DNA of 23,950 nt from Bdellovibrionota bacterium. GTDB lineage: Bacteria; Bdellovibrionota_C; UBA2361; JBGSMV01. Below are positions 6,726-15,989 of this stretch, piece after piece. Position 1 is the first letter of the stretch. Every line of letters starts with the position of its first letter. The DNA is taken from assembly GCA_044356455.1 (NCBI GenBank), contig JBIKWF010000065.1, forward strand, positions 1-23,950. The letters are read 5' to 3'. A program made the position numbers and the translations under genes. The notes under the pieces were generated by a model. It searched no databases and was not told where the DNA came from. It was given only the letters and a program-made list of their open reading frames with translations.

Positions 6726-8651
6726 TTAGTGAAGAACGCCGCCTCGAGCTGCGCCGCCGGTACTAACGGGAGCACCTTTCGCGTCAGCCTTCTTTTTGAC
6801 CTCTCCTGCAGCATCTCCGTCCAAGAGCCCGCGGCAAATAGCTCCGAGGTCTTGCAAGCCAATTGGCTTGCTTAGACAGCGATCGACCCCTGCCTTAAGA
6901 TATTTTTCAATATCAAAGACGAAGGCGCGGCTGCTCAAAAGCAAAATCGGTAGTCGCGCAGATCTGGCGTTTTCTCGCATCTCTTGCGGAAGAAGCTCAG
7001 CGGAATGATCAAGCGCGCTGTTATCAACAATTACCAATTGAATCGGTTCTTGACGTAGTACATGCAGGGCCTCGAGTTTGGTAGAGGCCGCGGTCACTCG
7101 AAAACCAAGGTGCGAGAGATAACGCTGCAAAACTGCGCGCTCCTCTTGATTCGTTTCAACAAGTAGAATGCGCTCTCCTTTCCCCTGTATCTCAGGGCGC
7201 GTAGGCTCGGGAGCTGCCTTTACCTCAGGGGAATACTGAGCAGCGGGCAAAATTACCCAGAAGACTGAGCCCTTTCCTGGCTCCGAACTAAAGTCGATGG
7301 TCCCGCCATTAACCTCAGCAAGGCGCTTCGTAAGTGACATACCAAGACCAGTTCCCACCTGATTGATCGAGTACGAGTGCTCGATACGTTCAAAAGGAGA
7401 GAATACCTTCACGCGGTCGGACTCTTCGATGCCAACGCCTGAGTCGGAAACACTGATTTTAATTTTCCCCCCGGGAACTCTTTCTGCCCAAATCTCAATC
7501 CGCCCTTCTTCCGGAGTGTATTTAATGGCATTCGTGAGAATGTTTATTAGGATTTGTCTTAAGTGACGCCTATCGCAGCTCAGTGTGAGGACATCTTCGG
7601 ATGGTCTGTATTTTACCGAGTGACGCTTGGCCTCGGCCTGACCGCGCACGACTCCCGTGATGTCCTTCAGAAGATCGCTCACAAGAATGTCGGCCTTCTC
7701 GGCCACAATTTTGCCCGACTCGGCTTTCGCGTAATCGAGCACGTCATTAACGAGCTCAAGGAGATGTTCGCCATTGGAGCGAACCATGCGCAAGGTTTCG
7801 AGCTGATCCTCGTTAACAGGTCCACAAAGACCATCAACCACAAGCTCAACCGCATTAATCATAAGCCCAAGAGGGCCGCGCAGTTCATGACTAAGATTGG
7901 CGAGAAATCCCGTTTTTACCTTGACCGACTCTTCGCCCGCCCGCTTCATGCGCATGAGCTCTTCGTGATACTGGGCATTGATGATAGCCAGCCCGCCTTG
8001 AATGGCGAGCAAGTGCATAATTTCGCGGTCCCCCGCCGAGGGCACAGAACCCCTAGCCAGAGCGACACGCAAACTCCCGAGAACCGCGCCGCCAAATGCC
8101 ACGGGCTGCACAAGCACATCAGGGCTAAGTTCAGCCTCGACCTCGGTGTCATCAATGGCGCCCGCAAGCATAGCTTGGGCAGAACTTCGAAAGGGTTTTC
8201 CCAATACAAAGGACGAGTGATAGAGACCAGACTCTTTATCAAAGAGGGCAATCTCGGCAGATTCTGCAGAGAGCAGCCGATATGCTTTGGCAACGATGCG
8301 CTCCAACGTACGCGAAAGCTCTTCCTTAGAGGAGATTTTCTTTTCGATGAGATTGGGAAGCATGGCACTGCTTCGGCGCTCCATTTCTTGGAGCAGCCCA
8401 TGCGCCACCGTCTCGAAAGACTTAAAGCGCGTCTCAATCCCAAATTGACTTGCAAGCCGCGTCACACTTTGCCTTAAGTCGCGGCGCGCCAAGGTAAGCG
8501 CGAGGGCTAACGTCCAACCAGCACTGGCCAGACCAGCCAGCACGTACGAAAAGGCGCCGTCAGGGTGGTACCCGGCCACCGCGCAGCCCAGAGGCAGCAC
8601 TCCCAGCGTAAGAAACGCCAGTACCAGCATAAAGTTTAAAAATCTCTGCAT
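6726..8651 (-). CDS. Membrane hybrid sensor histidine kinase (2 TM, GAF-like, HisKA, HATPase, receiver)
   Basis: FLANLSHELRGPL H-box, NILTNAIKYT N-box, DSGVGI and GTGLGM G-boxes, C-terminal receiver ending AGVDRCLSKP. ATG 8651 is preferred; GTG 8669 is the alternative. Confidence 0.93.
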   Translation of the reverse strand: MQRFLNFMLVLAFLTLGVLPLGCAVAGYHPDGAFSYVLAGLASAGWTLALALTLARRDLRQSVTRLASQFGIETRFKSFETVAHGLLQEMERRSSAMLPNLIEKKISSKEELSRTLERIVAKAYRLLSAESAEIALFDKESGLYHSSFVLGKPFRSSAQAMLAGAIDDTEVEAELSPDVLVQPVAFGGAVLGSLRVALARGSVPSAGDREIMHLLAIQGGLAIINAQYHEELMRMKRAGEESVKVKTGFLANLSHELRGPLGLMINAVELVVDGLCGPVNEDQLETLRMVRSNGEHLLELVNDVLDYAKAESGKIVAEKADILVSDLLKDITGVVRGQAEAKRHSVKYRPSEDVLTLSCDRRHLRQILINILTNAIKYTPEEGRIEIWAERVPGGKIKISVSDSGVGIEESDRVKVFSPFERIEHSYSINQVGTGLGMSLTKRLAEVNGGTIDFSSEPGKGSVFWVILPAAQYSPEVKAAPEPTRPEIQGKGERILLVETNQEERAVLQRYLSHLGFRVTAASTKLEALHVLRQEPIQLVIVDNSALDHSAELLPQEMRENARSARLPILLLSSRAFVFDIEKYLKAGVDRCLSKPIGLQDLGAICRGLLDGDAAGEVKKKADAKGAPVSTGGAARGGVLH

Positions 8652-8682
8652 AGACCCGCGTAGAGACACACCTTCGTCTTTG

Positions 8683-8709
8683 TTATCGGACGTTGTCAGA
8701 ATATTCTTG
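8683..8709 (-). promoter_or_regulatory. Sigma-28-like promoter of the kinase gene
   Basis: Minus strand CAAG-N15-TCCGATAA. Confidence 0.6.
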
Positions 8710-9054
8710 CGCCTTTCCCGCGCTCAAATTCATATTTAATCTTTTTATTTCAAGCGCTTAGCCTGAGATGCGGTTCTACTCTCCCACGCCATAACAAGGG
8801 TGACCTATTCAAAGGCTCCTGGCTCCAGAGCCTTAGGGCGCGGTACACCTTGGGTAGAAACAAGTAGCTGAAACGAGTGATTGTTTTGTTACCTATGGCT
8901 GTCCCCTCGAATTTGAATACTCTAGGGGCAGAAGCAAAGTGAGCTGAGGTCAGGAAATGGGTAGGCAGGTCTTTGACTTTCTTTAGGGGCACCCCCCACT
9001 TGGCGGTTTTCCTAGAGGGGTGGCTGAGGTACTTGGGTTAAGGTTTGGTTTCAA

Positions 9055-11466
9055 ATGTTTCAGATCCTTGAATTTGTAACCTATCAGTTTATTCGCTGGC
9101 TCTACATGCAGCCAGAGTGGGTTGGCATCCTACTGCTCGGAGCTCCCGGAATTCTTCTTCTCCTTCTTCAGTTTCAAAAAGTTAAGGAAACCTGGATTCC
9201 TGGTTTCTTTAGTATTCTCTTTCTCACCGCGGCTGGGATCCATTTTGTAAAGGGCCCCGAAGTTGCCCAGTTTATGGCGCAGCGCTTGGTTGGCCTAGCG
9301 CAGGCCCAAGCACAGGTTGGGCCACTACCTCTGATTGAACCGCTTGCACGTTTCTTTGTGGGGCCCCTCGAAACGCGTCTCATCTACCAGGAAGTTCTAA
9401 CCCTCGCGCTCATGACCTACCTCTTATTAGTAGCCATGGAGAGCGTTTCTGAATATCGAAAAACCGGCGTGGTTTTTGGAGACCTTTCTCTCGCAGCACT
9501 CCTGAAACGAGCACAGAAGAGACCCAAGAGATCCTCCTCTAACGAACTTGGCTCTGGCGATCTTGCGAATACTGAGCAAATTGCAAAGTGGACCAAGACC
9601 CAGGGAGATCCCAAATACGATACCAAGCTTAACGTCACGGAACTTCGAGGGAGTGATGGCGTCGCTTTTAAATCCGCCGAACTTGTCATCCCCCGGAATG
9701 AAAGAAATCGTCACATCCTCATGGTGGCGAAAACCGGATCCGGTAAAACCACAAGCCTCATCTTGCCTATTCTCTATGATGACTGCTTGCACCCCGAGCG
9801 CTCGACTATCGTCATCGACTCAAAACCTGAAATGTGGGACAAGCTCGCGAACCTTACCGCGAAATACAATCCCGGCAAGAACATCATCCTCTTTAATCCC
9901 CTTGATACCGCACGCAGTTTAAGCTGGAACATCCTCGGCAAAATCGAGGACGATACCGACGCAAAGCTTATCGCCAACACCGTAATCATGGCGACCGACC
10001 AACCAGGTGCAAAGTCCGACAGCCCATTCTTCAGAAATAATGCGCTCGCAATCTTGAACTCGATCATGGTGGGGCTGCTTCACGACCCCAAAGAGAAACT
10101 CTCGATGCCCCGCATCCACGAGCTCGTGCAGTCTGGTATGAAGCCTCTATGTGATTGGCTTGAGGCGCATCCGCACGCCCTGCGTAATACACGAACATTC
10201 GTCGAACTTGCGCGATCTGGGTCTCAGAACGCGGACACCATCATGTCTGAACTTGGCATGCGACTGAGCGCCTGGGACCTTTCAGCAATCCGCGCCACAA
10301 CCGCATTTGATGAGCTCAATGTAGAAGACATCGTCAAGAAGCCCACGCTTTTCATCGTAGAACTTCGCGAGTCTGAACTCGAAATGCTTCGCCCTATGGC
10401 GAATGTGATTGTAGTTGAGCTACTGCGCTACTTTACTAAGTACGCAGAGCGCTGCCCAGGAACTGCGCTTCCCCGCCCCATCGGCTTCGTCATCGACGAG
10501 TTCGCCTCGGCACTTGGTCGTCTGCCCGACATCCATGTAAAGCTTAATACGTTGCGCTCTCGTAACATCAGCATCGTTGCCGCCATCCAATCGATTGCGC
10601 AGGTGAAAGCGAACTACTCTGAGCACGCGGACTCAGTACTCGCGGGCTTCAGCACCAAGATCTTCATGCCTAATCTTGACCAGCAAGACGGAGAATGGGC
10701 ATCGAAGGAATCTGGTCAAATGACCATCAGATTCCAGACGAACTCAACTGGTTCTAACAAGAAGATGGTTGAGTTCTTTGCGAGCAAAAACGACAGCACG
10801 CAGGAACAAGTTCAGCAGCGCGCAGTACTCACGCAGGATGAAATCGCCAAGCCTGCCGATAATATCGTAACGTTCTTCTTTCCAAATACCCCGGTATTCC
10901 AAGGGTTTCTCACTCCCTACTATAAAATCCCTTGGATGATAAAGCGCTTTGAAGAGTTCAAGGGCAAAGAGGCTCTTAAGCTCCGGGACAAGCCAATCGA
11001 GCTTGAAGAAGCACTCCCCCAAGCAGGAGCTGCTGCAGGCGGCGCCGCAGCAGCCGCCCCAGGAGCACTTCCTGCCGGCGTGACCAACACCCAAGGCTGG
11101 ACTCAGGAACAGGTCGTAGCGAAGCTTGAAGAAGTTAAGAAAACTCTGGACTGGGACAACACCACGGGCAGTGCTCGGAAATGGTGGGAAGCATTCGAGA
11201 GCGAAAATAAAACTCGCACGGCGCTTGTCCTTCGACTCGCAGAGGAGCTTGGCAACCGCAAAGCCACTATCACCGAGTTCTTCCTCGCATACGTGTACAG
11301 CAACACTGACAATATTCAGGCAAACCTCTGCTACCTCGACTATACGCGCCTCAAGAAGGACGAGGAAAAGAAGAAGAAGGAAGCTGCGGCCAAGGCACGA
11401 GAGGCTGCTGGTCAAGGCACGCCTCCTCCTGGTTCTACCTCTGGTGGCGGGCAAGCCGCCGCATAG
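9055..11466 (+). CDS. VirD4/TraG/TraD-family type IV coupling ATPase with an extra C-terminal domain
   Basis: N-terminal hydrophobic segments, HILMVAKTGSGKT (Walker A), IDSKPE, FNPLD..SLSWN.L, FFRNNA, IDEFAS (Walker B), LRSRNISIVAAIQSIAQV, RAVLTQDEI. Confidence 0.9.
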   Translation: MFQILEFVTYQFIRWLYMQPEWVGILLLGAPGILLLLLQFQKVKETWIPGFFSILFLTAAGIHFVKGPEVAQFMAQRLVGLAQAQAQVGPLPLIEPLARFFVGPLETRLIYQEVLTLALMTYLLLVAMESVSEYRKTGVVFGDLSLAALLKRAQKRPKRSSSNELGSGDLANTEQIAKWTKTQGDPKYDTKLNVTELRGSDGVAFKSAELVIPRNERNRHILMVAKTGSGKTTSLILPILYDDCLHPERSTIVIDSKPEMWDKLANLTAKYNPGKNIILFNPLDTARSLSWNILGKIEDDTDAKLIANTVIMATDQPGAKSDSPFFRNNALAILNSIMVGLLHDPKEKLSMPRIHELVQSGMKPLCDWLEAHPHALRNTRTFVELARSGSQNADTIMSELGMRLSAWDLSAIRATTAFDELNVEDIVKKPTLFIVELRESELEMLRPMANVIVVELLRYFTKYAERCPGTALPRPIGFVIDEFASALGRLPDIHVKLNTLRSRNISIVAAIQSIAQVKANYSEHADSVLAGFSTKIFMPNLDQQDGEWASKESGQMTIRFQTNSTGSNKKMVEFFASKNDSTQEQVQQRAVLTQDEIAKPADNIVTFFFPNTPVFQGFLTPYYKIPWMIKRFEEFKGKEALKLRDKPIELEEALPQAGAAAGGAAAAAPGALPAGVTNTQGWTQEQVVAKLEEVKKTLDWDNTTGSARKWWEAFESENKTRTALVLRLAEELGNRKATITEFFLAYVYSNTDNIQANLCYLDYTRLKKDEEKKKKEAAAKAREAAGQGTPPPGSTSGGGQAAA

Positions 11467-11485
11467 CAGAGCCTCCCTACACTGG

Positions 11486-11616
11486 AGAGCCTCTGAAAAA
11501 CCTCGCTATTTTGTTTTTTCCCTCTGTGATCTCTGTGTCCTCTGTGGTTTTTTGAGCAATTTAAATCAACCACAGAGGGCACAGAGATCACAGAGTGGTC
11601 CTTTTTCAGAGGTTCG
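11486..11616. mobile_element. MITE family B, copy 2 (131 bp)
   Basis: AGAGCCTCTGAAAAA...TTTTTCAGAGGTTCG followed by CTAA. Colinear with copy 1 along its whole length. Confidence 0.85.
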
Positions 11617-11631
11617 CTAAGAGCGCCTTGT

Positions 11632-11644
11632 TATCAGCAACTTA
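11632..11644 (+). promoter_or_regulatory. IHF-like binding site upstream of the flagellin gene
   Basis: TATCAGCAACTTA matches WATCARNNNNTTR. Confidence 0.4.
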
Positions 11645-11750
11645 GCCACTCCCACGGGCCGAGTGAGTACCGTGCGTGCCTGCCAGAAAAAAACTTTAGC
11701 GGAAATTAGCTCCCAATCGTAATTTTCAGCACCCTACGTGCCGTCAGTCT

Positions 11751-11826
11751 CCTTTAGCGGAAAAGGTGGAGTCGCCAAAAAGGAACAAGGCTCTCTCAAG
11801 AGACTTGAAAGCCACGGAGGTAGGCT
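11751..11826 (+). promoter_or_regulatory. Flagellin leader with GGA-loop hairpins (candidate CsrA sites)
   Basis: CCTTT-AGCGGA-AAAGG (11751-11766) and AGCC-ACGGAGGTA-GGCT (11810-11826), the latter containing the SD sequence. Confidence 0.5.
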
Positions 11827-11829
11827 CAT

Positions 11830-12690
11830 ATGACAATAACTGCGGCGAGCAATGTCGCCTCAGTACGAGCGCAGCGACAACTTGAGTCGACTACGCGCGA
11901 ACTAGGCACGACATTCGAAAGGCTATCTTCAGGCCTTCGCATTAATTCAGCAAAGGACGATCCTGCTGGGCTCGCGCTCGCAGATTCTCTACGTGCCGAT
12001 GCGCGTATCGCGTCGGTTGCAACGCGAAATGCGAACGATGGAATTTCGGTCACGTCGGTTACCGACGCTGCCCTTGGAGAAATATCAAACATTCTCACGC
12101 GCATGCTTGAGCTTGCGACCCAAAGTGCAAACGGCGTGTATTCGGTAGACCAGAGGTCCGCTCTCTCTTCCGAGTTTATTGCGCTTGGTTCCGAAATCGA
12201 ACGGATTGCGGTTACGACCGAATTCAACGGAATCAAACTTATCTCTTCAAGTCAAACCATCAACTTTCAGGTCGGTTTTGACGGCAGTTCCAACTCTCGC
12301 ATCTCCGTTACCGGAGTCCAAGCCACCCTTGCCTCGCTTGGTCTCGCTGCGGCAGGAAGCAGCTCTCTCACTTTCTCAATCATCGGAACCACCTCAACTG
12401 CGGCGGAAACAGCAGCAGCGCTCGCCATAGATCAGGTGACTGCAGCGCTCTCCAGCCTTAACTCACGCAGGGGAATTATTGGCGCCGCCGAAAGCAGGCT
12501 CAACGTAGCGATTAACTACCTTACTGCCGCAAGAGAGAACTTCATTGCGGCAGAAAGTCGCATTCGTGATGCCGATATCGCCACTGAAACTGCAAATTTG
12601 GTGAGACTGCAAGTGCTGCAACAAGCAGGTACTGCGGTGCTTGCTCAGGCCAATCAGCAACCAAGCCTCGTTCTGAAACTCCTTCAATAG
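11830..12690 (+). CDS. fliC: Flagellin (short, canonical)
   Basis: ERLSSGLRINSAKDDPAGLA, RNANDGIS, RMLELATQSANG, AAESRIRDADIATE, VLAQANQ motifs; GGAGG RBS. Confidence 0.98.
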   Translation: MTITAASNVASVRAQRQLESTTRELGTTFERLSSGLRINSAKDDPAGLALADSLRADARIASVATRNANDGISVTSVTDAALGEISNILTRMLELATQSANGVYSVDQRSALSSEFIALGSEIERIAVTTEFNGIKLISSSQTINFQVGFDGSSNSRISVTGVQATLASLGLAAAGSSSLTFSIIGTTSTAAETAAALAIDQVTAALSSLNSRRGIIGAAESRLNVAINYLTAARENFIAAESRIRDADIATETANLVRLQVLQQAGTAVLAQANQQPSLVLKLLQ

Positions 12691-12698
12691 GATAAGGA

Positions 12699-14108
12699 TT
12701 AGACGTCTATTTTCTGCTCGTACTCGGCAACAAAAGCATTCCATGAGAGCTGCTTTCGTAAGGTAGCAGCAAAGGACGCCGCGACTTCGGGCTCTCCGTG
12801 GACTACGGCAACCTTACTTGGCCTTGAGCGATCCGTCCCTAAAGCATCGCTTTCGCGGCACCACCTTAGAAGCTCACTTTTCCCGCCATGGGCGCTCAGA
12901 TCATTCATTTCATCGATATGAGCCCGAATCGGAACTTCTTTATTGAGCAGCTTCAACGTCGGCGCCCCGCTCTTGATCCAGGCCCCGCGGCCACCGGCCG
13001 GCTGGTAGCCGACAAAGAGAATCGTATTCTGGGGACTCGATATGCGATGCTTGAGATGGTGCAGCACGCGGCCGCCAGAGAGCATGCCACTTGCCGAAAT
13101 AATGACCATTGGTTCATGCACCGAATTCAATTTGATAGACTCTTCTCTATCCTGAATGAAGTACAGTTTGCGCGGCTCAAACGGCTTCACACCCGCTTCG
13201 GTAAGCTTGAGCGCTGCTTCATCATAATCAGAGGGGTACCTGGAGTAGAGTTCCGTGGCGTCTCTCGACATGGGACTATCAATGATAATCGGAATATCTG
13301 GAATGGCCCGACGTTCTTTTAGCTCCCTTAGGTAATAGAGCAATGTTTGCGTACGGCCGACTGCGAAACTAGGGATAAGCAGAACTCCGCCCCTCTTTAC
13401 GCTCTCGTTGACGATGCGCCCCAGATGATCCGCCGAGCCCTCTTCAGGATGATCTTTATCGCCGTAGGTTGACTCCACAAGCAGCAAGTCGCCCAGCGCC
13501 ACGGGTTCGGGGTCCTTTAATATTGGAACCTGGTAGCGGCCAATGTCGCCAGAGAAGGTAATAACTTTTCCACCAATCTCAAGTGAGATTGAGGCCGCCC
13601 CAAGGATATGTCCCATGTGCGACCATGTTGCCCGCACTCCCCGTGCCACATCAACCTTTTTACCAAACGGCGCCGCACGCAAATTCTTAACAGCCTCTGC
13701 GGCATCCTCCCGCGTATAGAGCGGCAGAGGCGGATGGTGCCGCGAAAGTCCCTCTTTGGCTCTAAAGCGCGCCTCTTCTTCTTGGAGCATGGCGCTATCG
13801 AGGAGCAGCAGCTCCGTAAGATCTTTAGTCGGCGGGGTGCAGAAGACAGGGCAGCGAAGGCCGAGCCGCACGTAGCGCGGAAGAATTCCGGTGTGGTCGA
13901 TGTGCGCATGCGTGAGAAGTACCGCATCTATCGATCGAAGCAGCTCCCTGTCAGGGTCCTGCCAATTACGCTCACGCCATTGCCTGCTCCCCTGAAAAAT
14001 CCCGGCGTCGACCAAGATTCGGGCGGGAGATGGACCCGAAGATTCAATTAAATATTTAGAACCAGTCACGGTTCCTGAGGCACCGAGGAAGGTAAGTGTT
14101 ACACCCAT
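12699..14108 (-). CDS. MBL-fold beta-CASP metallo-hydrolase (RNA-processing nuclease family)
   Basis: FLGASGTVTGS, THAHIDH, GHILG, FSGDIG, ESTYG, PSFAVGRTQ, SASGMLSGGR, SAHG and VHGE motifs. Start placed at ATG 14108 after GGAGG. Confidence 0.95.
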   Translation of the reverse strand: MGVTLTFLGASGTVTGSKYLIESSGPSPARILVDAGIFQGSRQWRERNWQDPDRELLRSIDAVLLTHAHIDHTGILPRYVRLGLRCPVFCTPPTKDLTELLLLDSAMLQEEEARFRAKEGLSRHHPPLPLYTREDAAEAVKNLRAAPFGKKVDVARGVRATWSHMGHILGAASISLEIGGKVITFSGDIGRYQVPILKDPEPVALGDLLLVESTYGDKDHPEEGSADHLGRIVNESVKRGGVLLIPSFAVGRTQTLLYYLRELKERRAIPDIPIIIDSPMSRDATELYSRYPSDYDEAALKLTEAGVKPFEPRKLYFIQDREESIKLNSVHEPMVIISASGMLSGGRVLHHLKHRISSPQNTILFVGYQPAGGRGAWIKSGAPTLKLLNKEVPIRAHIDEMNDLSAHGGKSELLRWCRESDALGTDRSRPSKVAVVHGEPEVAASFAATLRKQLSWNAFVAEYEQKIDV

Positions 14109-14191
14109 GCCTCCATACCAGCACACTCCTCAGCACTTGACGAGGGGGACCTGCCGCCTGCTTCAGGCCCATGAGACAGTCCCCGAGCCAC

Positions 14192-14207
14192 TGGCACTCT
14201 CCTTGCT
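14192..14207 (+). promoter_or_regulatory. Sigma-54 (-24/-12) promoter of the first fliD
   Basis: TGGCAC-TCTCC-TTGCT, an exact TGGCAC-N5-TTGC match 55 bp before the ATG. Confidence 0.75.
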
Positions 14208-14261
14208 CATACCTCTGTGTGGTGATCTAAGTCGGCAAAAGCTGCCGCGAAGAGGAAATCT

Positions 14262-15722
14262 ATGCCGCTAATTAACTTTTCAGGTATCGCATCTGGAATC
14301 GACACCGAAGGCCTTATTAAGGCGACTTCTGACGCGACGCGCTCTACCCGGGTAAAACCGAGCGAAAAGAAGATCTCAGAACTGTCCGAGTCGAACGATG
14401 CCCTTGATAAGTTAAAGACGCTCCTCAAAACGCTCCAGACCAATGTAAACACCTTCTCCTCCGTGGGCACGGGACTGCTACAAAAACGAGCCTCATCGGC
14501 AGACGAAACGGTAGTGACCGCGGCGTCAAGCAGCCAGGCTTCGAACGGGTCGTATGACCTGACGGTCACTCAGATGGCACGCGGACATACCATCTCCATT
14601 GCCTCAACCACTACCTACACGAGCTCAAGTGCTACTATTTCGGGAGGAGCCCCGGACTTCACTGAAACAATGACCTTTACTGTTGGTTCTGCCACCGTGG
14701 AGGTCCCTATCGACCAAACCACGACGCTCAGCGGATTTGTCACCGCATTTAATGGAGCCACCAGCAACGCAGTAGCGAGTGTAGTGAACGTAGGAACAAG
14801 CGCTTCGCCCGACTACCGTATCCTTATTAAGTCCAACAAAACGGGAACGGCAGACGGACAAATCTCGATTGATGCGGGCGATCTCGCGACGCTTGCGGCT
14901 CGCGTCCCTCCTGCGTTTGACCAGCGTACGGAAGTTGCAGCTCAGAACGCGCAATTCACCATCAGTGGAATCAGCGGCACTATTACGCGTGGCACGAATG
15001 CGGTCGCAGATCTTATCCCAGGCGTAACTTTTAACCTTAAGGCAACGGGTGGACCAACGGCTATCACGGTTAGTGACGACACGACAGCGACCACCGCAAA
15101 GGTGCAAGAGTTTATCGACGCCTATAACGAAGTGGTTGCCTTTATTCAGGAGAATAACCAAGTCGTTCGGCAAGAGGACGGAGAGAATATTACTAATACC
15201 TTCAGCCCTCTCTCCTTAACCCAAGTCGATGACAATGCATTACAATCAATTCGAGGCGAAATATCGCAATCGGCGTACTACAACACGGGAGAAAGCTCCA
15301 CCGCGACCAATGAAATTCGCATTTTTGCAGAACTTGGAATTACCACCGACAGCGATCCCTACAACTCAACCACCGGAACAGGTGGAGGATCCCTCAAGTT
15401 TGACTCTACGGTATTTTCTTCAGCCGTTTCAAAAGAGCCGGACTCCGTTCGCCAGATCATGCTGAATTTTGCAGACGCGGTAGGACGACAGACGGGCGTC
15501 ATCCAACAATACATCGGCTTTAACCTTATTCTTGATAATTCAATCAATTCGAATAAGGACCAGATCTCTGACCTTAACGATAGAATCGCCCAAGCTGAGG
15601 CCGCAATCCTTGCCACTGAAGCATCCATGCGTCAGCGCTTTGCGCGGCTTGAGTCCACTATTGGAAGACTTCAGAATCAGCAAAACGCCCTGACCTCAGC
15701 TCTGGCTGGGCTTGGGAATTAG
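14262..15722 (+). CDS. fliD: Flagellar filament cap protein, paralog 1
   Basis: INFSGIASGIDT start, GSYDLTVTQMA, AQNAQFTISG, N...DLIPGVTFNL, FIDAYNEV, C-terminal coiled coil RQRFARLE. Confidence 0.96.
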   Translation: MPLINFSGIASGIDTEGLIKATSDATRSTRVKPSEKKISELSESNDALDKLKTLLKTLQTNVNTFSSVGTGLLQKRASSADETVVTAASSSQASNGSYDLTVTQMARGHTISIASTTTYTSSSATISGGAPDFTETMTFTVGSATVEVPIDQTTTLSGFVTAFNGATSNAVASVVNVGTSASPDYRILIKSNKTGTADGQISIDAGDLATLAARVPPAFDQRTEVAAQNAQFTISGISGTITRGTNAVADLIPGVTFNLKATGGPTAITVSDDTTATTAKVQEFIDAYNEVVAFIQENNQVVRQEDGENITNTFSPLSLTQVDDNALQSIRGEISQSAYYNTGESSTATNEIRIFAELGITTDSDPYNSTTGTGGGSLKFDSTVFSSAVSKEPDSVRQIMLNFADAVGRQTGVIQQYIGFNLILDNSINSNKDQISDLNDRIAQAEAAILATEASMRQRFARLESTIGRLQNQQNALTSALAGLGN

Positions 15723-15737
15723 TGAAGCCCTTACTAG

Positions 15738-15851
15738 GGAATCGCTGAAAAAGTCCGCTCGGTGATATCTGTGCCCTCTGTGGTTGCTTTAAATCATTGA
15801 AAAACCACAGAGGACGCAGAGGTACACAGAGGTGAGTTTTTCAGAGCCCCG
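15738..15851. mobile_element. MITE family B, copy 3 (114 bp, inverted relative to copies 1 and 2)
   Basis: CTAG + GGAATCGCTGAAAAA...TTTTTCAGAGCCCCG + ATAG, with the same internal 9-mer hairpin. Confidence 0.8.
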
Positions 15852-15989
15852 ATAGCAAATCTCTTGTTTCTTTGTGGTTGTTCTCCTAACCCCCAGGGGT
15901 GCTGTCGGTATTGGGTGTTATCTGCTCTCTTCGGTCTTAGCCACACCACTCCCAAGTCATTGAAATCAGCCCTAAACGCCACTATCCCC

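Noticed and set aside
7563..8477. 304-aa plus-strand ORF
   Set aside because: Antisense to the well-supported histidine kinase, with no recognisable motifs
8750..8992. 80-aa ORF or an oriT in the kinase-virD4 intergenic region
   Set aside because: No RBS or motif supports the ORF. A hairpin exists (AAGGCTC/GAGCCTT, 8812-8834), but there is no recognisable nic site and no relaxase.
10744..11620. 236-aa minus-strand and 164-aa plus-strand ORFs
   Set aside because: Shadows of the coupling protein gene. The LCDLCVLCG text is just the translated MITE 9-mer repeat.
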